64,000 nt of DNA, taken from positions 124,001 through 188,000 of the forward strand of contig JAYWIR010000050.1 of the NCBI GenBank assembly GCA_036172245.1, in the 5' to 3' direction. The stretch comes from Raillietiella orientalis (taxonomy: Eukaryota). The position numbers and the translations under genes were made by a program. Each line of letters begins with the position of its first letter. The stretch's first letter is position 1. This document shows positions 12,001 to 25,881 of the stretch, piece after piece. The notes beneath the pieces are model-generated. The model did not search any database and was not told the DNA's origin. It was given only the letters and a program-made list of their open reading frames with translations.

Positions 12001-13916
12001 CTGCTCGGTCCATCACGTTATCCAAGCTTTTCCTCTACTCAATCAAGTCTCTATCTGCATTTAAGGGTGGCTGCCACGTATACCAGTCCTACGAGTACGA
12101 GGAGACATCATTTTGCGCATCCTCTCCTGAGGCTGACGTATCTAATAAATGGGAGCGCTGCATGAACAAAGACGAGGAGCTTGGAATTCGCTTGATTTCA
12201 AGTGTTCCTGGAACAGCTTTTTGCCCAACGCGAATTCCGATGAAAGGAAAACACTGAGTGTACGGAAATCGAAGTCCGTATTGGCAGTGATCCCACACCG
12301 CTTCATACAGGGCGAAGAAACTGCGTGTTCTCCCTTGGGGATGCTGAGCACGATTGCAAATCACGAAAAAGATTTCCTCTCCTCTGCACGCACTGGGAGT
12401 GGCGAAGCAAAGCTGCAAACAAACCGCCATCTCACAGCATCCGATGAAAAACTACAGCAGAATCATTGAAAACCGCAAAAGCGCGAAATTCATCGCATAT
12501 AAATGCAGCGTGAGATGACAGCTTCTTCTTCTGTGACTCCTTCTGCTACAAAGTCGCACTGCCGTTGCCGCTGACTGTAAATAAATGTAAGAGTAACCTT
12601 CGGAAAGGAAAGCCAACGTGCCAGACTGACTGTGAACCTCTTCCAGCAATTGATTCCTGCATCCACGAGGGCGAATGGTCTTCCGAGGCACTGCATCATC
12701 GGTTGGACAACATATGCCCACAACCAAAGAAGTCAGCGTTTCCTGAATAGGGTGCTCAAAGATTCCAACGGTTGACCCCCTTTGCCGTGAGGTGATTTTC
12801 AGGTGACGGAAAGCATACTCATGAAAAATGACGTGCGTGAAGCGACTGCGAAATGTTTTTAACAAACGAATTCCATGGAACCGTCTCCTTTCGAAAAGAT
12901 GCTGTGCACCCACATCAGAGGATATTTACTTTTACACCCTAAAACGCACTTGCAATAGAAAAAGGAAAAAAAAGTGATGGCTGTTTTATTCCTGCTCTGC
13001 AAAGCAGAAGAATAGTAACGCTTCATTTCACGCCACATTGCCATCTGGACGCCTACGTTGCTCTGAATGTCACCCAACACTTTACGTTGGCGGGAAACTG
13101 GCACAACACTACGAGCGGTGTGGTCACTTCAATGTCCCCATTCTTCATTCGCGAATATCTGAAAAAGTCTGCAGATAAGAACGAAGCGCACGCCAGCTCA
13201 GAGGGGAAGCACCAATCTCCAGAGACGTGTAATTCCGGAAATGGACCGCGAAGAGCGTTTAAGCAGCTTCCATTTCAACTCTTCATTTCAAGCACAAAGG
13301 GCCGCTGTTGGCAAAGAAGAAATCAGAACAGAGAGGCTGGAAGAAGATCTCTCTGAAAAGCACCACGAAGAATCGATTGAATGAGAAGTTTGCGCAGACG
13401 ATAAAGCACATGCGATTACCGATCAGACAAAGAGCATTGCCCTGATGCACATCCAAAACTCAGAGGAATCTTCCGAATTGTGCGCACGGCCCACTCGAGA
13501 GGGAGCACCAATGAACCAACGCAGGAAGAAGGAAAAGAGGAAGTTCCTTACGTGGAAACAAGTGTGCACCCGCATTCCTTGTAGCCTCCGAAGAAGTGCA
13601 GCGTCACAGAACGTTCCTTTCCGTTCAAAGTCTGAAAGAAAACAGAAGACATATCCACAAGTTAATCACTTCTCACCGCCGCAATTATAGAGCAGTTTAC
13701 TCTTTTGGGTACCAGGGTAGGTTTTGGACCCCATCCTTGGATGCAATCAATACTACGAGGATCGGCAGTTTCTCGAACGGGGGGGGCCTCCAGGACGAAG
13801 AAACATTCCCCATAAAATTCAAGAAATGTCAGCAGATCAGAAGCAGATCGCAATAGCGATTCAAGCTGGAAAGTCTCGCCGTGCTTCAAAGGGAAACCAA
13901 CCACGACCACTACCAG

Positions 13917-14560
13917 CAGCAGCCACTGAAACAAACGACAACGCAAAATGCAAGTCAAGCAAAAGGGGGAGCGACATGTCCACGCGATTCGCGACACCGC
14001 CATTGACCCGAAATTGCGGGATCTCTGGAAAAGTTCCATCCCCCTGGAATGAAGTGGGGAACGGCGGGTCCATGGCAACCCCGTCTACCGCTTCCGACCT
14101 TCGATTGCGCATTCCCAAGGAGAGCAAGGGATTGAAGTAGCAGCCTACTGCGCCAACGTTTTGGGGCGAAGGGAACGGCCACTGAATTGGCGCTCCTCCT
14201 CGCAACAGTCGGTTTTATCGGAAGAGGGCACCCACAGCGCCGTCCTCGCACACCATCTCGGAAGACCTTCCTCTCCAAGTGCGTGACTGCAGTAACGGAA
14301 AGCACAAACATCCTCACCATGCGCGGGTTCGGGACGCGCGTTCCGCCTGAAACCTTCTGCATCGTGTCACGGTGTTTCCTGGAACCATCCATGGTGGACA
14401 GGATTCCGAAGAAAGAAAGAAGGGGGCTGAAGCTTTCTTTCCTCCGCGCGGGTCTCCCAATTGCTGCGAGAGGTGCTGCCAGCTCACCGCCAACGAAGGC
14501 TATGCGAGATCTTTGAGCCACTTGAGTGCAAGTCGTCGATCAACAAGGCGTGCGTGATTT
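13917..14560 (+). repeat. 644-bp nested repeat, copy A-left
   Basis: Runs CAGCAGCCACTGAAAC...GCGTGCGTGATTT. ORF MALLLATVGFIGRG occurs four times (14187+, 16318-, 25508+, 27639-). Confidence 0.95.
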
Positions 14561-16273
14561 CCTGCCATATGTGGGACCGCCTACGATGGGATTCCCTGAA
14601 CTCTTGAGTGCTTACAGGCGAGAAAGTATAAGTTGAACGACACGGCAGCGTACGTTCCCGGGAGTCGCACGAAGGAAGGAAAAAAGTTTTGGGAATTGAG
14701 AGTTGGCGTGTGCAGGGAAGAAAAAAAAGGAGGCGCCCCTCTGCAGTGATGAGGATAGGTCCTGCATATGCGTTTGCTGCGAATCACAAAGGCTGCCATC
14801 CGCCCTTTCTGCTGCGAACGATTGCAGTGGGCGCGCTGTCGGCACGGCGAATTCGGAGACTGCGAGTGGAAAGTCCGTTTGCTTGGAGTCTCAGTTTTCC
14901 TTTCCAGCAGAGAAAACACACGGCTTCCCTGCTCTTTCCCTTGCTGATGGCAAGTGGCCGTATGCGAACGCGCACTCAAAAGTTAGTTTTCTTCTCCCCA
15001 CCTCGGGAAAATAGCATTTGTGGGGTGTATGCTGAGGTTGTTGGTCGACACTGGGAGCAGGGAAGAGTGCTCGCGACGCTTTGACTTGCAATGACTGGAA
15101 GACAATCAAGTTCTTCTCAAAAATAAATCTTTTGCAGCACTCCTTACTCGAACGGATGGACTGCTGCACATTTCTTTTTTCGGCATCTCTGAACCCATCA
15201 TTTGCAGTTCGGATTCGGCTCACCCTTTGAGCACTAAGGATCCTCGCACTGTTTCACTGGCATCCATCTTGCACTATGACCTCTGCATTTTTTGCAAGTC
15301 CTTTCATCAGTTCTCTTGCTATTGCTGTGTGTGCGGTCAAACAGTCGGGAGTACAGCGAACGGGCAGCTTCCCATTTCAATGGGTGTTTACGCTTTGGAT
15401 GGGGAGCTCACTTCAACATTATGCGACACACACTTTTCGTGCATCAATGTCTGTACAACACTTTCACTTTGCCGATGCGCATTCTGGACGTTGTGCGTCC
15501 CTTTCAGTGAGATGGGGACGTCACCGTATTGCTGCTCTTCTGTAAGCAGATCGCAGCTTGTGTTCCTTTTTACTGTTGTTGGCGCTGAAGATATCCTGAA
15601 GATCTCCTCAGCATCACGGATTGCTCTGAAACGGAGAAGGGCGGTGAACACAGATTCGCATTCTCCGTTCTCTCTGCGTCCGTATGCAATCGCTCTCCAC
15701 GTTGGCGCTTCTGGTAAGAAGCTGGAGATCGTCGCCCGCATTGCTCGAGTTTCGCTTCGTCGTTTGTAGATTGCCTCCGGCGCACCAGCTGACCTCAGTA
15801 TGGTAAAGTGAGCCGCACGTGGATTTCGTTCGGTGTCTGTCCTGCCTTCCATCTTCCGTCACCTAAATTGCGTCAATTTTTACATTTCCGTTGCACATTT
15901 TTTTCTCTCTTTCCAGCTCCATAGGGATTCGCCCCCCAGCTGCTCATCTTTACCTTCTGCAGTCTTAGTTTTTGTTTTTTCATATTCAGCAATCCTCATG
16001 CCTGTTGGCGTGCTCCAAAGTCACCTCTGCGAATTAATCATTTCCTTCGCTTAGTGTTCCGAGTGCACAGGCTGCTGTTTTTCCTGTTCCCGATTTTTCA
16101 GCTAGTTCACCAAAGATCTGTGCCTTCCGCGCAAAGGAAGGCTGAAAAAGACCTTGAGAGCTGAAATCTCACTTCGGATTGAACAAAAATGCTACAACGT
16201 GAGAGAGATGTTCTCGAAGGTTCCCTTCCAAGGGCACGAAGCAGATTGAAGAAAAGGCGGTTGGAATCTGCGA

Positions 16274-16941
16274 AAATCACGCACGCCTTGTTGATCGACG
16301 ACTTGCACTCAAGTGGCTCAAAGATCTCGCATAGCCTTCGTTGGCGGTGAGCTGGCAGCACCTCTCGCAGCAATTGGAAGACCCGCGCGGAGGAAAGAAA
16401 GCTTCAGCCCCCTTCTTTCTTTCTTCGGAATCCTGTCCACCATGGATGGCTCCAGGAAACAGCGGGACACGATGCAGAAGGTTTCAGGCGGAACGCGCGT
16501 CCCGAACCCGCGCATGGTGAGGATGTTTGTGCTTTCCGTTACTGCAGTCACGCACTTGGAGAGGAAGGTCTTCCGAGATGGTGTGCGAGGACGGCGCTGT
16601 GGGTGCCCTCTTCCGATAAAACCGACTGTTGCGAGGAGGAGCGCCAATTCAGTGGCCGTTCCCTTCGCCCCAAAACGTTGGCGCAGTAGGCTGCTACTTC
16701 ATCTCGGCCGCGTATCCCAAACCGAATCCCTTGCTCTCCTTGGGAATGCGCAATGGAAGGTCGGAAGCGGTAGACGGGGTTGCCACGGACCCGCCGTTCC
16801 CCACTTCATTCCAGGGGGATGGAACTTTTCCAGAGATCCCGCAATTTCGGGTCAATGGCGGTGTCGCGAATCGCGTGGACATGTCGCTCCCCCTTTTGCT
16901 TGACTTGCATTTTGCGTTGTCGTCTGTTTCAGTGGCTGCTG
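16274..16941 (-). repeat. Nested repeat, copy B-left (has an extra 24 bp at 16701-16724)
   Basis: Inverted relative to A-left. Its ORF is 196 aa versus 188 aa in the other copies. Confidence 0.95.
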
Positions 16942-18959
16942 GTGGTGGTGGTTGCTCACTTTTCAAAGATGAGCTCCCCTGAGGCGAATGTACAATGGTT
17001 GCATCAGTCACCTGATGACATCGCATTTCACAATCACACCGGAGATTGCACTCTCACTCCCCTCCCTCAATATGTTGCGGGTAGGACCACAGGCGTTTGC
17101 ATTGAGATGTGGACGCCGACAGGTTTGTCCCCACACGAGGAAATAGAATGTTCTGTTTCTGTCACGGTAAGTTATCGAGGCATTGGTAGAGGTATCAGGG
17201 ACCTTCCTTGGGTCAGACTTTTGGAAGTGCACCCAGGAACGTATCTGTCTATTCTCTGGGTGGTGATAATGAGGTCGAACAAGTGTGTAGCTGCTCCTTC
17301 ACGCGCCCTCAAAGGTAAGGTGCGCTTGCCGTCGTGCTTCGGTGCTGTCTTCATGTGTTTGGATGAGCAGCGCTGCCGCTCTTCTTCACAAGTGGAAGGT
17401 TTCCGCGAAGTAGAGCGTTCCTCGCCGATCTTCTCCGTTATTTCAACGGGAGCACAACCTCCGTTTGCGCAAATGGAATTGTCGGATTTTGCAGATGCTT
17501 CCGTGCACTTCACTTTTCAAGCTGCACGATGACACGTGCGCGATCATTTCCATGTCTCTTCTAAAAGTAACCATATTTCAAAGGTGTTCATTGCTCATCT
17601 GCGTGCTCGCGAGATTTCTTCGGAATTCTCATTTTCTGTGAATTGGTTTTGCGTTCGCGAGTTTAAAACGCTAACGTCTCTTGGATTATCGGTAAAGGCT
17701 ATCAAAATACATTCTTTTACATAAAGTTCGGATGACATAAAGACTCTTATCCATAGCAACAGGAGTGTGGTGTTCTATGTGGCGAACTCTTTCAGTGAGA
17801 ACACGAAAACGAGCGGTGCTGTCGTGTTGACAACACCATTTCACGTGGACTGCCGTTTTCCGAAGGACACACATTGCGTTGTACTCTTCCACGGAGTATA
17901 GAATGACAGAATAGTAGAGCGGAGAGTAGTGCTAAAAACGAGGAAACTTTTCTGTTTTCTCTTGACTCAATAAATTGATTACCATTTCGTAAGTTTTTTT
18001 CGTTGGCAGACCAAAACATTACATGTTGAATGGGAACTTTACCAAAACATACAGGAGGGTTTATTTGAAAAAAACATAAAATTTTCAACCCCAAATATTT
18101 GTTGCATCAGGAAATAGCAAGTGGTGTTACTTGTGATGAGATCCTGAGGATGCCCTTCAACAAGGACTTCTAGAAATTTGGGGCTCTGGTGCGAGCAGCG
18201 TCTTTCATGGAAGGCCGTAGGAAGTCGGATGTCGTTGTTCCCCAACTGAACCTCAGTGCTCTGTTTCACAACTCACCGCGGGAGATACACAAAAATCAGG
18301 GAATTTAGGAGAACAGACAGAAATGTGATGCGGAACACAGTCCATTCCGAGAACAGGAATTTGCCTGCGTAAGCCTGCTCTGGACTCGGCAGCAGCCCCA
18401 GTTTGCTTCCTATTCACGCAGCCAACAGCTCCGAAAACTACTCGCTGCCCAGACGCGACAAGGTGTTGAGACATCAGTTGTTTACATAGCGAAGGTGTGA
18501 GCCCTTAGGCAAGAAACCCACATTTGCAAATTTCTACCACGGTTTCGCAGGGATGATTACTTTACATCAAAAAATCAATTTTACAAATTGATATCCGAGG
18601 AGACGGCCACTTCCCTGCAAAAAATGTGCAAAGGAAGTTCAAGTGGAGGGGTCATGGGCACGCCCGGACGGATTACCTGAACGACCGCGCCCCAAAATAG
18701 CGACAAAAAAACAGAATCGCTTGCAGGGCAGGTGCAGGGCCTTTGGCTTTTCCTATGACTCCGTGTGACATTGGACAAAGATCGTTATGTGTGTTAATGG
18801 GCGGTCAACCATTGTATAGACAAAGGGCCAGGCCATGGGTGACCGCCGATATCCGTTCCTTCCTTGCAAAAACCGAGGAGCACATCGGCTATTTGCCTGA
18901 CTTCCTCATCGAAAGAAACAGTTCACCCCTCTTTCTTGTTGCTTCGACCGCCTACTCAG

Positions 18960-20030
18960 GCGATCGCTAGGAGAGACGTCTGTTGAAGAACGCCTTGTGG
19001 GGACCCGCTTGGTCCAGGTACCGTCTCAAGGATTGTGCGGCTTCGCGTCGAAATGGCGGTTTAAGCATCCTGATCTCTCGATGATCGGTCAGCAGGTGCA
19101 GTTCCGCATGTTAGCTCTTTGTGCCAAACTTTGGCCGACCCCGTGGTGTGCTCCAGAGCGCCTGATACTGCGGTGCTGCACCGGCAGCAATGGACTGATC
19201 ATGTTGCTGCCACACATTGAACGCGCCACGAGGGGATTCGGTGCTTCCATGAAACCACTTGAGAACACCTTGGAAGCCCCATTCTGGATTTCCTGCCGCC
19301 CAGACAAATTGAACTCCTGGCGGTAGGAAGCCTTATCGTCCTGGGCAACGCATCAGGAAGTGCTGCTGATCTCACTTCGTTGCGTGCATTTTCCCTATTT
19401 TCTTCCAATGGAAGATGGAAGATGCGATTCGACACCACGTGAATTGGACTAACATGGCCCCACGTTCTTAGTCGCAACGTAGTCCACCCTGAGGGCAAAA
19501 GAGGACAGTTACCTACCAGAAAGGGGAAACTTCGTCTGCATGGTTGCAGGCGCAACTCGACCCAGGGACTGAGGGGGGACAGGCGAACTGGCAGACGCCG
19601 CCACGCCCCTCAACTTCCTAAGGGACTACTTGGATGGAGCGAACATCGTAGTGTGCCCCCCGAACAAATTCTGATCCCCCTCTCGTGAGCCTAATCTTCA
19701 GTGCTGCTTCGGCCTTGGAAGCAGGACGTGCTCTTGCTGGTGCTTTGAGGCTTCCATTGCAAGCAGCGAGCAAACAGTGTTAACGGGAAAGTTGCGTCTG
19801 CGAACTGTGGACGGTAAAAGGCCGTATAAACGCTCACGCACCTGCTCTTCGAAGGCAGTGTCCTCCAAAGACTGGGGCGGAGGCTGCTCATCAGCACTCG
19901 TTCGTCAAGGGGACACCGCAAGCACTCGAATGCGCCGCTTCTTCACGCTCGACGATTTGTCGTTAGGTGTGGTCGTGGAAACCTTGTCATGCATCCGCGT
20001 AATCGACAGAGCCCGCTGACGTCTGCAGTC
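18960..20030 (+). mobile_element. Highly decayed family A ORF2 C-terminal region inside the spacer
   Basis: LLKNALWG..., QVQFRMLALCAKLWPTPWCAPERL and PFWISCRP align with QLRWRTLAIAAKIWNSPWCVPARL. Confidence 0.8.
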
Positions 20031-20569
20031 GGTGGCGATTTTACTAAAGATTACCAGATGAGACCCCGAGGACATGACGTTGCCTGCCAGATGGATTTCT
20101 CTTTTAGAAAACGCGAGAAAGGAGATCTTCGACACACAGAACCGGTTTTGAAAGAAACCTACGGTTAAAGCCAGAAACTCCTGTTCCTGACCACCCTTAC
20201 ATTCCGGTTTAAACCTTTTTAAATATTTCTTTGTGATCTCCTACCTACTGATCCCGACTTCAAGGTTCCACGACCTGCGTGTCGTGTTTCCTTCCCTTCG
20301 TTTTTTCTGTATCCTTTGTCGGCGAACTTTGTAGACCTGCCGAGAACAATAGCCAGAAGGCATCTCTGCAACCGAAGCCTTTTGTGAACTATGAAGAAGT
20401 AGCGAGGCGACTGAGTGGGCATGCAGAACATGCAGAACATTCCCAGGCATAACAGCCAAGGCAATTATGGCGACCGTTCGCCGGAACTCGAAAACAACGT
20501 GGCGCTCCATCCCGCTCCCGGACGTGTGTAAGGATCCCTTGGAATGCTGCTCCAAGGCGGGAGTGCCTT

Positions 20570-21130
20570 GACAAAGCTCAGCCGTCAGAAAAAGTGGACG
20601 TGAACTGCAGCTCAAATTCCTGGTCGTCCACCGCTTTGGGGAGGAAGGTCGAGGCACAAAGTTCGAGGTCGAGCCTAAGCGGTCGCAGTTGACCTGCGCA
20701 AAGCATTTCGTTGTGCACATTAAACTTTTACTGGAGTTTATGTAAAGCCTCTAAAGCCTTCCTTGATGGCCTATCTGCACTTCTGCCAGCACAGCGTTTG
20801 CATCAACCTCTCTTGCAGCAGTCAGAAAACCCACGGGGTGCCGCTGCTCCGTGATAAGCAGTGATACAACCGCCCGAGCACCTTGCACTTCAGCATAAAC
20901 TTCTCGATGGTAATTGCGGCATCGAAGTATACTCTCGCTGCTCTCCCGAGTTCGTGTCTCCGCATTTCTTCGGCGTCGCCTGACGCCGACGCTCGCTAAC
21001 AGCAGCTTCCCCGGATTGAGCTTTCGAGAACTTCTTCAAGTTGCTGAGTCTGGGCACAGGCTTGCAGCTGGATAGTGCTAAATCAATGGTGGTACCGTCG
21101 GGTGCGGTGTCGGTTGAACGACCGGAGTGG
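20570..21130 (+). mobile_element. Highly decayed family A RT fragment inside the spacer
   Basis: AVDLRKAF, LMAYL, HGVPL and FENFFKLLSLGTGLQLDSAKSMVVP compared with EEFFDLLHRGTGLTVNRAKSSVMP. Confidence 0.72.
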
Positions 21131-24100
21131 GAGGCTGCAAATGCATCCACTTATAGATTACGACGTGCATAAGCTTAGCGCTTCATTGCGCACTGCTCAG
21201 AGACTTCTCAATACCAGAAGCGCAGTCCGGGTCTTTCAGAAAGCAACTCGGCCCGTTTAAAGAGGACACGTTCAAGTTCCTTATAGAGCACCTTCTTGGT
21301 ACCCTCATCTGCTCCTTGGTTCCGGCGGCCTTTGGGTCAGCAATAATGGAAAAGGGACAAATGACCTTCTCCGAACCTTTTTGTGAAGCAGAGCCAGTTC
21401 CCCTTTTCGTATTAGGGACTCGTGTGCCACTCGGCGCTATAGTCTATGCCTACTTTCAGCGCTCGAACGCTTGGAGCAGCACCTTCAATGGAGAACTCTG
21501 CACTGACGGTGAACTTTTGAATCATCCCACTTGCAGCAGCTTACCAGCAAAATGTGGAATCCATGTTGATACTTCGATGTTCAGTTTAGAAGCAAGACTT
21601 TAACTAGGAGACCAGAGACCAAATAATGGAGGCTGCAAACCCAAGTCTCCAAACACCAGGATTCGAAAGTTTGGACTACCTGTTGATTATTCTCCTGTAG
21701 GATCAGGAACAGATCGCATCGTCCGCAAGCTACCGCATCTTCCCTCTCAATCTTCAGGAGTGGGCGTTGCTGCCGTTGAACTGCGGTCTGCCATGCAAAG
21801 TACGCCAATTCGACTGGACCCCGCGATGGGACGGTTGCATGGGAATTGCAGCAATTTCTGCTCGCAAGAAAACTCCTGCACTTGCTCGTTTTCTGTGTTG
21901 CCCGTTGTGAGGATGCTTTCCAGGAACGACCTCTTGGAATCCATGTGGCAACCTCAAGGTCACGGAAATCTTTCTTCGTGAGCAGCGCATTGCCATCGGC
22001 TTTATCGCTAGCGTCGCTTTGCTGCCCACGTGAGGTAGTGGCGACCTGGAATGACATCAGTGGAAACAGAAGGGACAAGGACGCCGCCCACTTCGTTGTA
22101 CGCCGTGTGCGGAGGGCAACGGGATGGTCGGATCAAAGAAAACCCGAATCTGACTTGCAAACACCCTTCACAACATGCAAAGGGCGAATTTCAGAAAAAG
22201 GACAATGTCTCATGTGCCACCAGAGACATCAATATTTATATTTCCATTTTGTTTTGGTTTTCCTTTGCTATCGTCACCGCTATCGAAGCCATGCCTCCCG
22301 CTCTTCGCATCGGACACTTAGCAAGCTGTGCACATGAGAAGACTTGATAAAGCCAATTGTTCGATCTTTGTATGCAACTTATTATCATCAATGAACGTCT
22401 TATCGATCCCGAATGATCAGCGAGTCTGAGAGGAAAACTGAACACGCGAACGGAGACGTAGCAGATGTGACCCTAGCGGACGCAGTGGCAACGCTATTCT
22501 GACCTCTGCCTTGGAGGTACAGCCTCTCATGTCGGCCAAGACAGCGCTTCACACTGCCTCAAGGCAAAATACATAACCGCCTACGAAGAAACACTATTAA
22601 ACGGCAGAGGCTGTTGTTGAACACAAAGCTCATCTGCTTATCGGTGCTTAAGGTTGTTTGGCATGCCAGCAGAATACGCGCAAACGACAAAAAAAGCAAT
22701 TCCAGAGTTCATGCAGGGATGGCGATGGAGTGTTTCTCCATCCGACTGGGAAGTGTTCTCCAGAAAGCGCCGCAGCTTCCGTAGAGACATTGCTTCCAGC
22801 GTTTGCCAAATTGTTCTTTGCCTATCCCTCAGAAGCGAAGACCATCTTTACATCTGAGGCTGTCTCGGCAGAATCGCTGTGAAGTGGCTGATGCCTGCGC
22901 GTCTTCCTTTGCGGCTCACGCGTCTTCGCGTGGAAGTCACGTTTAAATGCTGATGAGGGACGCAGGCGTTGCGCCCATCTAGTTTGCTGAGAAGGTGCGC
23001 CTTTCTCTTCGCACCTCTTGTTAATCTTCAATGTCCTCGAGGAACTTGTGAGATACTGAAGTCTGCACTATTGCATTTCGGAGACTCTGCGGCGGACTTG
23101 GAGCGGCGGTGGAGCGGTGGAGATACGACTGGTGCTTTGATGGTGAGGACACGTTGCAACCGTTCCATCGGTATGGGCCACCATTCGCTGCAGTCACGCG
23201 CGCAGCGAACCGAAGTTGCCGACATCCTGGCGTGGTAAACGTGGGCAGCCGCCAGATGACCTCGCCTAGATGAGGAAGTCAGGCAAATAGCCGATGTGCT
23301 CCTCGGTTTTTGCAAGGAAGGAACGGATATCGGCGGTCACCCATGGCCTGGCCCTTTGTCTATACAATGGTTGACCTCCCATTAACACACATAACGATCT
23401 TTGTCCAATGTCACACGGAGTCATAGGAAAAGCCAAAGGCCCTGCACCTGCCCTGCAAGCGATTCTGTTTTTTTGTCGCTATTTTGGGGCGCGGTCGTTC
23501 AGGTAATCCGTCCGGGCGTGCCCATGACCCCTCCACTTGAACTTCCTTTGCACATTTTTTGCAGGGAAGTGGCCGTCTCCTCGGATATCAATTTGTAAAA
23601 TTGATTTTTTGATGTAAAGTAATCATCCCTGCGAAACCGTGGTAGAAATTTGCAAATGTGGGTTTCTTGCCTAAGGGCTCACACCTTCGCTATGTAAACA
23701 ACTGATGTCTCAACACCTTGTCGCGTCTGGGCAGCGAGTAGTTTTCGGAGCTGTTGGCTGCGTGAATAGGAAGCAAACTGGGGCTGCTGCCGAGTCCAGA
23801 GCAGGCTTACGCAGGCAAATTCCTGTTCTCGGAATGGACTGTGTTCCGCATCACATTTCTGTCTGTTCTCCTAAATTCCCTGATTTTTGTGTATCTCCCG
23901 CGGTGAGTTGTGAAACAGAGCACTGAGGTTCAGTTGGGGAACAACGACATCCGACTTCCTACGGCCTTCCATGAAAGACGCTGCTCGCACCAGAGCCCCA
24001 AATTTCTAGAAGTCCTTGTTGAAGGGCATCCTCAGGATCTCATCACAAGTAACACCACTTGCTATTTCCTGATGCGACAAATATTTGGGGTTGAAAATTT

Positions 24101-25237
24101 TATGTTTTTTTCAAATAAACCCTCCTGTATGTTTTGGTAAAGTTCCCATTCAACATGTAATGTTTTGGTCTGCCAACGAAAAAAACTTACGAAATGGTAA
24201 TCAATTTATTGAGTCAAGAGAAAACAGAAAAGTTTCCTCGTTTTTAGCACTACTCTCCGCTCTACTATTCTGTCATTCTATACTCCGTGGAAGAGTACAA
24301 CGCAATGTGTGTCCTTCGGAAAACGGCAGTCCACGTGAAATGGTGTTGTCAACACGACAGCACCGCTCGTTTTCGTGTTCTCACTGAAAGAGTTCGCCAC
24401 ATAGAACACCACACTCCTGTTGCTATGGATAAGAGTCTTTATGTCATCCGAACTTTATGTAAAAGAATGTATTTTGATAGCCTTTACCGATAATCCAAGA
24501 GACGTTAGCGTTTTAAACTCGCGAACGCAAAACCAATTCACAGAAAATGAGAATTCCGAAGAAATCTCGCGAGCACGCAGATGAGCAATGAACACCTTTG
24601 AAATATGGTTACTTTTAGAAGAGACATGGAAATGATCGCGCACGTGTCATCGTGCAGCTTGAAAAGTGAAGTGCACGGAAGCATCTGCAAAATCCGACAA
24701 TTCCATTTGCGCAAACGGAGGTTGTGCTCCCGTTGAAATAACGGAGAAGATCGGCGAGGAACGCTCTACTTCGCGGAAACCTTCCACTTGTGAAGAAGAG
24801 CGGCAGCGCTGCTCATCCAAACACATGAAGACAGCACCGAAGCACGACGGCAAGCGCACCATACCTTTGAGGGCGCGTGAAGGAGCAGCTACACACTTGT
24901 TCGACCTCATTATCACCACCCAGAGAATAGACAGATACGTTCCTGGGTGCACTTCCAAAAGTCTGACCCAAGGAAGGTCCCTGATACCTCTACCAATGCC
25001 TCGATAACTTACCGTGACAGAAACAGAACATTCTATTTCCTCGTGTGGGGACAAACCTGTCGGCGTCCACATCTCAATGCAAACGCCTGTGGTCCTACCC
25101 GCAACATATTGAGGGAGGGGAGTGAGAGTGCAATCTCCGGTGTGATTGTGAAATGCGATGTCATCAGGTGACTGATGCAACCATTGTACATTCGCCTCAG
25201 GGGAGCTCATCTTTGAAAAGTGAGCAACCACCACCAC

Positions 25238-25881
25238 CAGCAGCCACTGAAACAGACGACAACGCAAAATGCAAGTCAAGCAAAAGGGGGAGCGACATGT
25301 CCACGCGATTCGCGACACCGCCATTGACCCGAAATTGCGGGATCTCTGGAAAAGTTCCATCCCCCTGGAATGAAGTGGGGAACGGCGGGTCCATGGCAAC
25401 CCCGTCTACCGCTTCCGACCTTCGATTGCGCATTCCCAAGGAGAGCAAGGGATTGAAGTAGAACCCTACTGCGCCAACGTTTTGGGGCGAAGGGAACGGC
25501 CACTGAATTGGCGCTCCTCCTCGCAACAGTCGGTTTTATCGGAAGAGGGCACCCACAGCGCCGTCCTCGCACACCATCTCGGAAGACCTTCCTCTCCAAG
25601 TGCGTGACTGCAGTAACGGAAAGCACAAACATCCTCACCATGCGCGGGTTCGGGACGCGCGTTCCGCCTGAAACCTTCTGCATCGTGTCCCGCTGTTTCC
25701 TGGAGCCATCCATGGTGGACAGGATTCCGAAGAAAGAAAGAAGGGGGCTGAAGCTTTCTTTCCTCCGCGCGGGTCTTCCAATTGCTGCGAGAGGTGCTGC
25801 CAGCTCACCGCCAACGAAGGCTATGCGAGATCTTTGAGCCACTTGAGTGCAAGTCGTCGATCAACAAGGCGTGCGTGATTT
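25238..25881 (+). repeat. Nested repeat, copy B-right
   Basis: Mirror of B-left and direct repeat of A-left. Confidence 0.95.

Larger units (their letters stand above)
9084..18910 (+). repeat. Inner inverted repeat, left arm (~9.8 kb); partner 23269-33073
   Basis: Dozens of ORFs are mirrored with constant coordinate sums (42155, e.g. 10692..11123+ / 31032..31463-; 42179 after a 24-bp indel at 16701-16724). Inner end CTTCCTCATC at 18901-18910 pairs with GATGAGGAAG from 23269. Confidence 0.98.
18911..23268. other. Unique 4358-bp central spacer of the inverted repeat
   Basis: No mirrored ORFs or sequence. Contains only decayed LINE pieces and no intact gene that I can recognise. Confidence 0.93.

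Noticed and set aside
12150..12215. TDP1-like word RLISSVPG
   Set aside because: Isolated short match with no HKN catalytic motifs or continuing frame.
14100..14125. Lipase-like AHSQG word in the 644-bp repeat
   Set aside because: Five-residue match in a stop-bounded frame without a hydrolase context.
16780..17532. 250-aa ORF and other mirrored arm ORFs as real genes
   Set aside because: No recognisable motifs. Presence in both arms only reflects near-identical DNA, and this ORF straddles a repeat boundary.
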